This document shows, one piece after another, positions 8,321-16,035 of a stretch of DNA of 64,000 nt. The notes beneath the pieces were generated by a model that saw only the letters and a list, made by a program, of their open reading frames with translations, did no database searches and was not told the origin of the DNA. The position numbers and the translations under genes are program-made. Within the stretch, counting starts at the first letter, position 1; each line of letters starts with the position of its first letter. This DNA is from a virus: positions 1-64,000 of IMG/VR virus record IMGVR_UViG_3300017783_000006, one strand, 5' to 3'.

Positions 8321-8932
8321 TTAATACTTTGTTCCAATATTAAATTGGCAAGTAATTTTTTTCCCCGATTCAGGTAGAACAAAGTGTTCTAAATGACATG
8401 GAAATATTACCACAGAACCTTCACCAATACTTTTTTCTTCTCTTGTATCGTATAACTGTTGACCAAATACTGGACCACATGTTAAAGGACTTCTTTTCCT
8501 GAAAACTGTAGTATTTTCTTGACCATCAGTATCAACTATGTATACAAAAGAAAAGGATGGTGTATATCCATCACGACCATCTGCAAGATGATCATGTAAT
8601 CCAATGTAATCACCTTTATCATATCTATTATACCAACAATTAAGTATAATAGATGACTCTGGATTTAACCAGGGAAACTCAAATTTTTCTTTCAATTCAC
8701 TAAGCATTTGCTCTAGTGGTTTCCAGACAACATTGTTTAAAATTTCTTTATCAAATAAAAAACTATTGTATTCATTTCCATTATAGTAACTTTGAAATAC
8801 ATGGTCAATAGAGACACATCCCTTCTCATTGTCTACTCTGGACTGAATTTCATTTAATATTTTATTCTTTATATTATTATGATTTTTTACTTTGTTGGAA
8901 TAAACAAAATCAATAGGAAAAAAATAAAACAT
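8321..8932 (-). CDS. putative 2OG-Fe(II) oxygenase (TIGR02466-like)
   Basis: WYNRY..GD...HDH...SFVY...IFP..LEHFVLP. Confidence 0.8.
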   Translation of the reverse strand: MFYFFPIDFVYSNKVKNHNNIKNKILNEIQSRVDNEKGCVSIDHVFQSYYNGNEYNSFLFDKEILNNVVWKPLEQMLSELKEKFEFPWLNPESSIILNCWYNRYDKGDYIGLHDHLADGRDGYTPSFSFVYIVDTDGQENTTVFRKRSPLTCGPVFGQQLYDTREEKSIGEGSVVIFPCHLEHFVLPESGKKITCQFNIGTKY

Positions 8933-8934
8933 TA

Positions 8935-9102
8935 TTACTTTTTATCTAAAAGATACTCAACAGTGTTGGCAACATCATTCATGGCATCTTTAAGAAAAGG
9001 TCTTTGACCTGATTCCATTTTTACTGGACTACTTTCTTCATCAGTAGTAAGAGTCCATCTCCACTGACCCATATCAGTGCAATACCATAAATTTATTTTC
9101 AT
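8935..9102 (-). CDS. small cyanophage protein (55 aa, MKINLWYC..QWRWTL; not in ORF track)
   Basis: Intact ORF with a CTATATA element upstream. Confidence 0.7.
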   Translation of the reverse strand: MKINLWYCTDMGQWRWTLTTDEESSPVKMESGQRPFLKDAMNDVANTVEYLLDKK

Positions 9103-9141
9103 AACATCATGTATTTTATTTGTTCCTCTATATAGAGGAAG

Positions 9142-9215
9142 TCGGAATGATAGGATTTGAACCTACGGCATCTCGCTCCCAAAGCGAGTGCTCTACCAAA
9201 CTGAGCTACATTCCG
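9142..9215 (-). tRNA. tRNA-Pro (TGG)
   Basis: CGGAATG...CATTCCGA; anticodon arm CTCGC-TTTGGGA-GCGAG. Confidence 0.95.
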
Positions 9216-9248
9216 AATTGGATAATATGAAAACCTGTCGATTTCCAA

Positions 9249-9320
9249 TGGGTGAAGAGGGATTTGAACCCCCGACTGCCTCCGTGTAAAAGAGGAACTC
9301 TACCACTGAGTTATTCACCC
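9249..9320 (-). tRNA. tRNA-Val (TAC)
   Basis: GGGTGAA...TTCACCCA; anticodon arm CCTCT-TTTACAC-GGAGG. Confidence 0.95.
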
Positions 9321-9325
9321 AATAA

Positions 9326-9357
9326 GACAATTATACAACATACAATATAATTGTCAA
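9326..9357 (-). promoter_or_regulatory. consensus sigma70 promoter inside an inverted repeat
   Basis: TTGACA-N16-TATAAT overlapping GACAATTATA...TATAATTGTC. Confidence 0.7.
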
Positions 9358-9442
9358 CGGAGAGGGTGGGATTTGAACCCACGGATGCTTTCACATCGCT
9401 GGTTTTCAAGACCAGTGCCATAAACCACTCGACCACCTCTCC
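9358..9442 (-). tRNA. tRNA-Ser (TGA)
   Basis: Class II; anticodon arm CTGGT-CTTGAAA-ACCAG. Confidence 0.95.
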
Positions 9443-9446
9443 AGCA

Positions 9447-9528
9447 TGGGTAGAGTTGGATTTGAACCAACGTAAGCATAGCTAACGGATTTACAGTCCG
9501 TCTCCTTTAACCACTCGGACACCTACCC
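9447..9528 (-). tRNA. tRNA-Tyr (GTA)
   Basis: Anticodon arm ACGGA-CTGTAAA-TCCGT. Confidence 0.95.
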
Positions 9529-9543
9529 ATATCCGATTCATTT

Positions 9544-9572
9544 ATCATACCAAAAAACATCTATCGTGTCAA
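9544..9572 (-). promoter_or_regulatory. sigma70-like promoter of the tRNA cluster
   Basis: TTGACA-N17-TATGAT. Confidence 0.7.
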
Positions 9573-10267
9573 GAAAATGGTGTAGAAATCCATGTTGATG
9601 GGTCTGTGCAAACATTCTCAACGTTACCAATTTCAGATTTTGCAGTTATCATAATATCAGCACTAACCGAATACCTCATAGAATCTCCTTCGTATTTTAA
9701 AACTTCATGTTCTATTGAAGAAGGAAAAATTATTATACTGTTACTACCCAAGTTATAATCAATATGATTGCGACTAAGTGACGTTTCACTAAACATACCA
9801 TGTCCACGAATAGGGAGTCTTCTCAAAAAATCGTCTCCTCTATGAAATCTTAACTTCCCAGTTTCACTATCTGTTTCTTTTTGAATGTAATAAACAGCAC
9901 TTAAATGTGAACCAATGTGGTTATGTGGTTTTATATACGAACCCTTTTCACAACAAACTGGCCAAGATTTTATAATATTTAAATCTACTTTTTCAGTATC
10001 AACTCCAAGTTCCCTTAAGTAACTAACAGTATGAAAACCAATAGCATGTGCTAAGTAATAAAAATCACCTGATGTTTTACAAACATTAGGTGCGGTTCCA
10101 TGTGTATCACCCGTTAAAGCACCATTACTTGTCTTTAGATGCTTATTAGTTTCATAATATTTTTCACAATATTTAAGCATTCTATCCTGAAAAACAGGAA
10201 AATAATCTATTTCTGATTCATAAATTGGCAATCCAAACCAACTGTAAATTTCTGCCTCTTTTACCAT
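9569..10267 (-). CDS. putative 2OG-Fe(II) oxygenase (TIGR02466-like)
   Basis: SW...PHNH.GSHLSAVYY...IIFPS..EHEV...RYS. Confidence 0.85.
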   Translation of the reverse strand: MVKEAEIYSWFGLPIYESEIDYFPVFQDRMLKYCEKYYETNKHLKTSNGALTGDTHGTAPNVCKTSGDFYYLAHAIGFHTVSYLRELGVDTEKVDLNIIKSWPVCCEKGSYIKPHNHIGSHLSAVYYIQKETDSETGKLRFHRGDDFLRRLPIRGHGMFSETSLSRNHIDYNLGSNSIIIFPSSIEHEVLKYEGDSMRYSVSADIMITAKSEIGNVENVCTDPSTWISTPFS

Positions 10268-10302
10268 AATAAAGAATAATTTTTATATAGATTAATTAGT
10301 TT

Positions 10303-10839
10303 TCAGGGTGCAGCAACAAATTCAATAATTTCATTTTTTTGCTCTTCAGTCATGATTGCCATCATTTCAAGTGACTCTTTCTCAGAATAACCTTCAGAAA
10401 CTAAGAAGTCGGATAGAAGATCAAACAAGTCTACTGAGTTATTAAGGTCTCTTCCCATATGCTGAACTTGTCCACCTCTCTTAACAGCACTTTGAGCACT
10501 AGGACGAGGAGTAGATGGTCCCTTGGTCATATTTGGAGGAATATTTTTCCTGGTTCTTTCTCTTGCACTATCAAAAGTACTCTTAACATTCTTAACTTTT
10601 TGCTTTAAGTATGCAGGTCCTGTTTGTATTGCTCTCTCAGCACCACCAACAACTCTTCCTGCGGTTCTTGCAACCCCATCAGCAAATTCTCCTACTGGTC
10701 CCTCAACAAGATCACTTTCTTCAGTTAGATAAGGTGCAGTATAGGGCCAACTATTCATGAAACTTTCTTGTCCTTGAGTAGACTCAGAAAGGATTCCGTT
10801 AGTTAGTTCTCTTAAATTTCTTAAATCTTGAGATTTCAT
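10303..10839 (-). CDS. putative internal head protein
   Basis: L/V-x-E sites; C-terminal DLFD..FLVSEGY motif. Confidence 0.55.
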   Translation of the reverse strand: MKSQDLRNLRELTNGILSESTQGQESFMNSWPYTAPYLTEESDLVEGPVGEFADGVARTAGRVVGGAERAIQTGPAYLKQKVKNVKSTFDSARERTRKNIPPNMTKGPSTPRPSAQSAVKRGGQVQHMGRDLNNSVDLFDLLSDFLVSEGYSEKESLEMMAIMTEEQKNEIIEFVAAP

Positions 10840-10869
10840 GTCTATTTAAAACTGCCTGAATATTTTTAT

Positions 10870-11712
10870 TTATAATGTCAGGTCTTGAAGATTATAGTTG
10901 GTAACTAATAACTCAGTCTTTACATTATCATTAGTTCCCTTCTGACCTCTATGAACCATGGAATAACGAAGTTTCCACTCATTCAAATTATACTCTTTAT
11001 ATCTATTCAACAACCACTCATTTACATTGTAAGTAATCATGAATCGATGTGGACATGAATCAACATCATCAGCAAACCTCTCATGACTAAAAGAAGAATG
11101 AAGTTTGCGACCAGTACCATATAGGAAATCTTTAATATCGTATGGAGGGTCAAGAAAAATAAATGCATTTTCCCCAGGAGCATTCATCACTTCTGCATAA
11201 TCAATATTAGTTATTTTCCAATCTCTGATAATATAAGAATACTTTGGAAGTTTATCAATACCAACCAAAGAAAAGTTAGAACGTGATGCTTGAACAGAAA
11301 ACGTGGAGTTTTCAGTCAAACCAGAATAAGAACACTTATTCATCACGAAGAAAGCAACTGCTTGTTCAAATGGTTCTAGAGTTTCAATATCACTCTGATA
11401 TTGTTTGAACAACTCTTTATGTGCTTCATCGTCACCATTTACTTCTTCTTTAATATTCCTCAACTTTTCAGATAATGCCAATCCATTATCACGAAGTTGA
11501 ATCCAGAAGTTATACAAATAAAAATATTTGTCATTCACCCAAATAGGTGTCTTGGTATAATTTTGACTGATGAGCAATGAGATACTACCACCACCCAAGA
11601 ATGGTTCTCTAAACTCTTTGAAGTCAGTAGGAAACCAAGGTGCAAGAGTTTTTAGTGCTTTACTTTTACCACCTGGATACCTCAAACATGTTTTAAGTGG
11701 AAATTGATTCAT
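10870..11712 (-). CDS. dam: Dam-like (D12 class) N6-adenine DNA methyltransferase
   Basis: YPGGKS, EPFLGGGS, LDPPY and ELLVTNY motifs. Confidence 0.92.
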   Translation of the reverse strand: MNQFPLKTCLRYPGGKSKALKTLAPWFPTDFKEFREPFLGGGSISLLISQNYTKTPIWVNDKYFYLYNFWIQLRDNGLALSEKLRNIKEEVNGDDEAHKELFKQYQSDIETLEPFEQAVAFFVMNKCSYSGLTENSTFSVQASRSNFSLVGIDKLPKYSYIIRDWKITNIDYAEVMNAPGENAFIFLDPPYDIKDFLYGTGRKLHSSFSHERFADDVDSCPHRFMITYNVNEWLLNRYKEYNLNEWKLRYSMVHRGQKGTNDNVKTELLVTNYNLQDLTL

Positions 11713-11870
11713 TCTAAAGTATTACAACTCCATAGAGATAATCTTGTACTTCTAATATAACATGCACCCATTACTTTGCCAAATGGTGATTTACAAATTA
11801 ATTCCATATCTTCAATAGTTAATTTACCCCAACGTGTGTAAGCAATACTTAGTTTTAATAAATTCAACAT
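11709..11870 (-). CDS. small hypothetical protein (53 aa, MLNLLKLS...; not in ORF track)
   Basis: Stop overlaps the methylase start (ATGA); start abuts the upstream stop. Confidence 0.6.
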   Translation of the reverse strand: MLNLLKLSIAYTRWGKLTIEDMELICKSPFGKVMGACYIRSTRLSLWSCNTLE

Positions 11871-12452
11871 TTACCTATTCCTAATCCAATTTACAATTGT
11901 GCTGTTGACTGTTTCGGACAATCGAACATTTGAAGATGGTAATGAGAAATAATCCAAATCAATGTTCAAAGTTGTCATATCTTTTGGAGTGAAAATAGAG
12001 AAAACACCATCACCCTTGCTTATGTAGCAACTCTGTGCAACTTCACGGGAAGCAACAGCAACCTTATAATTCTTGTAATCAATAATCATAACGAAGTCAA
12101 ACTTATTCTCTGTCTTATACCGATTAAATGTTGATTCACTTGTATCTCCTCGGTAATTCTTCATCTTCACTTGTTTACACTTACCATTTCCGTAAAAGAA
12201 ACCCTTTAGTGCTTTTTGCTCGATACGAATAGTTTCCCCATTGCAATCCATGTGGAAGTCTACACCATCTTCATCAACATACTTAAATGGTGAAAAACAA
12301 GATACTGCAAGTTCAAATGCCTTTGAACGAAAGAAGTTGTCAGAATTACTCTTCAAACCAGGGTCTTCAGAAACATCTCGAAATGTTCCAAATACTTTGT
12401 TCCAATCAATCTGAGTCTCACAGATTTCTTTGAACTGTTCTGTAGTAATCAT
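11871..12452 (-). CDS. putative PD-(D/E)xK nuclease, restriction-enzyme-like
   Basis: E...GVDF...IEQK pattern; start revised to MITTEQ because the track start lies inside tRNA-Leu. Confidence 0.55.
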   Translation of the reverse strand: MITTEQFKEICETQIDWNKVFGTFRDVSEDPGLKSNSDNFFRSKAFELAVSCFSPFKYVDEDGVDFHMDCNGETIRIEQKALKGFFYGNGKCKQVKMKNYRGDTSESTFNRYKTENKFDFVMIIDYKNYKVAVASREVAQSCYISKGDGVFSIFTPKDMTTLNIDLDYFSLPSSNVRLSETVNSTIVNWIRNR

Positions 12453-12468
12453 AATAAGATGAACAAAG

Positions 12469-12552
12469 TGCGAGTAGGGAGACTTGAACTCCCACGAGAT
12501 TGCTCTCAACAGATTTTAAGTCTGGTGCGTCTACCGATTCCGCCATACTCGC
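12469..12552 (-). tRNA. tRNA-Leu (TAA), intronless
   Basis: GCGAGTA...TACTCGCA; anticodon loop CTTAAAA. Confidence 0.93.
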
Positions 12553-12554
12553 AA

Positions 12555-12725
12555 GGCATTATACTTATCCGTATGCTATGTGGGCATTACACCCAACATA
12601 CTGACAGTTTATAATGGAGTAAGACACAATTTCCGTTGTGAATATCCAAGGGGGTTTACCCTCACCTACAGGGTTTCGGTATATCCGAACCGATGAGCAC
12701 CTTGGTTGGAACGTCTCAAGTTCCT
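12555..12725 (-). ncRNA. structured RNA, probably the manA motif
   Basis: Nested helices (GGAAC/GTTCC, CCAAGG/CCTTGG, TTCGG/CCGAA, CACAA/TTGTG, CATTATA/TATAATG) in an ORF-less spacer between tRNAs; resembles recalled manA RNAs. Confidence 0.65.
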
Positions 12726-12728
12726 AAG

Positions 12729-12800
12729 TAGGACTACCGGGAATTGAACCCGGTTCACACCGTTATAAGCAGTGGGCATTAACCAATATGCGATAGTCCC
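12729..12800 (-). tRNA. tRNA-Ile (TAT)
   Basis: GGGACTA...TAGTCCTA; anticodon arm CACTG-CTTATAA-CGGTG. Confidence 0.9.
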
Positions 12801-12805
12801 ATAAG

Positions 12806-12837
12806 AACATCCTAGAGGATAACCCCTAGAATGTCAA
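12806..12837 (-). promoter_or_regulatory. sigma70 promoter inside a hairpin
   Basis: TTGACA-N17-TAGGAT overlapping GACATTCTAGGGG-TTAT-CCTCTAGGATGTT. Confidence 0.65.
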
Positions 12838-12841
12838 GTGT

Positions 12842-13072
12842 TCAGACAGCAGTCAAAGTACCTTCTTTACGCAGTTGAGAAATAAACTTCCCAACACTCT
12901 CCTCTTCGGAGACAGTCTTATTCAGACTCTCAACAAATCCATCAACATTATCACATTGAAACATATAGTATTTTTCGGGATTAGACGTAAAAGCAACACC
13001 AACTTGAGACTCTCCTTGGTCGATACCAACTTTAGCAACGGCAGAAGAATTGGTGAACTCGATGACGTTCAT
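12842..13072 (-). CDS. KTSC-domain-like protein
   Basis: SSAV..VG.D...V.F....YY.F...SVGKF pattern. Confidence 0.55.
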   Translation of the reverse strand: MNVIEFTNSSAVAKVGIDQGESQVGVAFTSNPEKYYMFQCDNVDGFVESLNKTVSEEESVGKFISQLRKEGTLTAV

Positions 13073-13103
13073 TAGGTGCGACCCCTTTGTTGATTACTCT
13101 GTA

Positions 13104-13159
13104 ATCATAGCACCCATCAGGGGTCTTGGCAGGGATTAGGGACAGTTCCCAGACTGTCC
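13104..13159 (-). promoter_or_regulatory. early-type promoter with perfect dyad GGACAG-N8-CTGTCC
   Basis: TGn-TATGAT; dyad 36 bp upstream; TTACAGAGTAATCAA leader. Confidence 0.7.
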
Positions 13160-13318
13160 TCAGTCGTTGATAATGAGATTAAACCACATATCACTCATAC
13201 CCTCAATAACTCTATCAGCACCCTCTTTATCCGTAGAATATCCTTCTTTAATAAGATGTTCTACTACAACTTCATAGTGCTCATGAATTTTCTTTGCTTC
13301 TTTTGGAGTTGGTTTCAT
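13160..13318 (-). CDS. small protein with EGY motif (52 aa, MKPTPKEAK...; not in ORF track)
   Basis: HLIKEGYSTD..GA..IEGMSD.W resembles the C-terminus of 10303-10839. Confidence 0.65.
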   Translation of the reverse strand: MKPTPKEAKKIHEHYEVVVEHLIKEGYSTDKEGADRVIEGMSDMWFNLIIND

Positions 13319-13336
13319 CTTACTTTTTACTTTTAT

Positions 13337-14809
13337 TTATTTACTTTTCTTCTTAACACAGTTTGGATACCTTTTCCCAAACATAGTTTTCATACCTTTT
13401 TTCGTATAACCTGGCCAACACTTTTCACCAAGCATGTCACTACCAATACCTTTTGATGGTGTTAGAGGTTCTGCTTTGATAATATCAAAACTTTCAACTT
13501 CCAATGCAGAGAAATCATCTCTCCAATTAGAATGATTGTAATTTTCATCTACATTAGTCTCTTGCTTTTTCTTAGCAATCATCTTTCTATACTTTTCCAA
13601 TGCATCTTTACTATCAGGTGCATCCATATCTTTAGCACTAGCACCATATTTTTTAGATGGGGAATTATCAGAACCGGAATTATTAGTAATCTTATTAAGA
13701 GCATTAGATGCTACATTACCAAGAACATTTCTCTTTACTCCAGTTATTTTTTTTGCTTTATTTGCATTTTTGCCAGTTCTTGCTGCCTTAGATACTGAAT
13801 TTACTCTTCCTGCATTTCTTGCTGCTCTTGCTCCCTTTGCTACTTTTGCTCCTTTGCCAAATATACCAACACCAGGAATAGCACCAAGAGCATCTAAAGC
13901 AGCAGCACCATAATTTCCTTTTTGCAAATTCTTTCCCGCACTATAAGCAGAATATCCTGCCAATCCCGCACCAATACCTTTTAATGCCAAACCACCAAGA
14001 GCAAGTGGTGCAATTTCTTGAAGATTGCTTTCACCCAGTCCTCCACCATCACCACCGTCACCATCTCCCATATCGTTAACTTCGATATCATCATCATCTT
14101 CCCTTGAAAGATACCCACCACGTCCTACTGAATACCCTTTTGGAATCTTTTTGCACTTTTCATCATCAAAACACCAGTACTTCCCATCAGGGCAAGATTT
14201 TGCTTCACTACCCTCAGTTAACTTTTTTTTTTCTCTCATCTTCTTTGCTTTTGCAAGAAGTCGTGCTTTTGCTGAATCCTGCTCATCTTTAGGAACATTA
14301 AACATATCCCTATCAGTCTTCAGTTTCTCATCGGGTTTATCATAACCCTCATACATTCTTCTAGATCCTCCACCATAATAAGACCTATTCGTTTTATCTG
14401 CTGCATCTCTTTTAGCCTTAACTTTCTGTGCAGGAGTTGGTGCATCATTCCATGCTCTTTCCTTCTTCTCACCTTTTACTTTTTTCTTTCCTCTTGCGAG
14501 ACCTTCTTCTCTTGCACCAGATCCACCACCACCATGAAGATGTCTATGGGTTCCAGGAATCCTCTCAGTACCACGGGAATATGGATTGGTAGGATTATCC
14601 ATAGCCTGTTTCATTCTCCCCATTGCTGCTTTCATGGAGAGTGCTTTCTTCTCAGACTTCTTTACTTTCCACTTTCCTTCATCATCTTTAGTAATATGCT
14701 TTTTACTTAAAGTTTGATAAAGAGGTGTCCTTTTCTCACCTTTTACCTTATCTTCCTTACGCATCTCTGAGAGATATGACTTATCCAAAAATTGATTAAA
14801 AGTCTTCAT
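13337..14809 (-). CDS. mosaic basic protein, putative internal head protein
   Basis: KTFNQF..LSE N-terminus; LTE/LQE sites; CPDGKYWC and CWPGY..NCVK modules; a PT-TG-like segment. Confidence 0.65.
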   Translation of the reverse strand: MKTFNQFLDKSYLSEMRKEDKVKGEKRTPLYQTLSKKHITKDDEGKWKVKKSEKKALSMKAAMGRMKQAMDNPTNPYSRGTERIPGTHRHLHGGGGSGAREEGLARGKKKVKGEKKERAWNDAPTPAQKVKAKRDAADKTNRSYYGGGSRRMYEGYDKPDEKLKTDRDMFNVPKDEQDSAKARLLAKAKKMREKKKLTEGSEAKSCPDGKYWCFDDEKCKKIPKGYSVGRGGYLSREDDDDIEVNDMGDGDGGDGGGLGESNLQEIAPLALGGLALKGIGAGLAGYSAYSAGKNLQKGNYGAAALDALGAIPGVGIFGKGAKVAKGARAARNAGRVNSVSKAARTGKNANKAKKITGVKRNVLGNVASNALNKITNNSGSDNSPSKKYGASAKDMDAPDSKDALEKYRKMIAKKKQETNVDENYNHSNWRDDFSALEVESFDIIKAEPLTPSKGIGSDMLGEKCWPGYTKKGMKTMFGKRYPNCVKKKSK

Positions 14810-14826
14810 TTCTCGCACTTTTATTT

Positions 14827-15642
14827 TTATTTATCTTGGTTCTGTTTTCTTTGCTTTCTGAGTGCAGCATTAAGTAAATCTCTATGGGAAATAGCACTTT
14901 CTTTACTTCCCTTTCCAGAAACAAGATCTTTTACTTTACCTTCAATTTCATGTGCTCCACCCTTTCTATGATAGACACCTTTCTTTTCTTTAGGGTCAGT
15001 AGACTTCTTTGTTGCCATTAAATTTCTAGGTTGATGTCCATGATAGACACCAATCTTCTCATCTCTGTTTACTCTTTCTTTCCATTCAGAATCACTCATT
15101 GATGATTTCAACTTAGCAGAATGGTGTGTTGGAGTTATATGATGTGCTTCATATCCTCTTTTCTTTATCTTTGCTGTCTTTCTATCTGCCTTATCTCTTT
15201 GCTCAGATGAACTAAGACCTTGTATTCTCTCCTTTCTAGCAGCACGCTCTTTTGCACCACCAGACTTTGGTTTTAGTCTCCATTTAGGACTTTCAGTACT
15301 TCCTGCATTATTTGCATACATTCCATCAGGAATACCACTATGATACTTCTCTAGTTCTTCTCTAGATGAAAAATGCTTTTGTGCTTCAATTACAAATGCA
15401 TTAAATGTTTTTTGTTCTTTCTTTACCTTTCTATTTCTTGATCCTTTAGAGACTCTTTCATTATCAAGATTTCTATCTGCTTCCTTTCTTTTTCGCATCA
15501 TTCTAGACATGAGTTGATACCCAGGTGCCTCAACATGACCAGAACGTAACATTGCTTCCGGTGAAGATGCAGCATTAGCAGCAAATGCTAATCCTAGAAC
15601 AGCATTTGCTGCTTTATCTCTCTTTCTTCCTTCTTCAAGCAT
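14827..15642 (-). CDS. basic protein with HNH/AHH-like nuclease motif
   Basis: EAHHITP...RNL...HRKGGAH; ATAAATA late promoter at 15666-15672. Confidence 0.55.
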   Translation of the reverse strand: MLEEGRKRDKAANAVLGLAFAANAASSPEAMLRSGHVEAPGYQLMSRMMRKRKEADRNLDNERVSKGSRNRKVKKEQKTFNAFVIEAQKHFSSREELEKYHSGIPDGMYANNAGSTESPKWRLKPKSGGAKERAARKERIQGLSSSEQRDKADRKTAKIKKRGYEAHHITPTHHSAKLKSSMSDSEWKERVNRDEKIGVYHGHQPRNLMATKKSTDPKEKKGVYHRKGGAHEIEGKVKDLVSGKGSKESAISHRDLLNAALRKQRKQNQDK

Positions 15643-15683
15643 ATGAATACAAAAAGTCCTCTGACTATTTATCTAAGGACATT

Positions 15684-15998
15684 TTAATCATCAGCAGGAG
15701 TAATAGATTGAATCATTGTTCTTATTCTTTCACGATGTTCTATGACTTTATTTTCAAGATCAATTTTTGCCCAGTTTTTAATCATATCAATCGTTACATT
15801 GTCGAATGAAATAAATTCCTCCTCTGGTGGTCTTTCAAAGGTTACCGTATGAAACATATAAAGTGTTGGTTCTGGATGTTCTTCAATTTCAGCAGGGAAG
15901 GAAATATCCATACTCACACTTAAAATGAATCCATCAGAACCACCGAATCTAATATCCGAAATTTCACCTTCATATGGTGATGTAACTGCTTCAGTCAT
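15684..15998 (-). CDS. putative tail-fibre assembly protein
   Basis: FISFDNVTIDMIKNWAK motif; follows a fibre-like gene. Confidence 0.45.
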   Translation of the reverse strand: MTEAVTSPYEGEISDIRFGGSDGFILSVSMDISFPAEIEEHPEPTLYMFHTVTFERPPEEEFISFDNVTIDMIKNWAKIDLENKVIEHRERIRTMIQSITPADD

Positions 15999-16035
15999 TA
16001 TTTTTTCTTTTTAAAATTTATAAGTTTAATTTTAT

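Noticed and set aside
8157-12552. tRNAs with anticodons TAG, TGA and TAA as stop suppressors, or a recoded genome
   Set aside because: These anticodons read CUA, UCA and UUA. Core genes are intact in the standard code.
12469-12725. Group I intron associated with tRNA-Leu(UAA)
   Set aside because: The anticodon loop is uninterrupted. The structured RNA lies outside the tRNA and shows no recognisable intron core.
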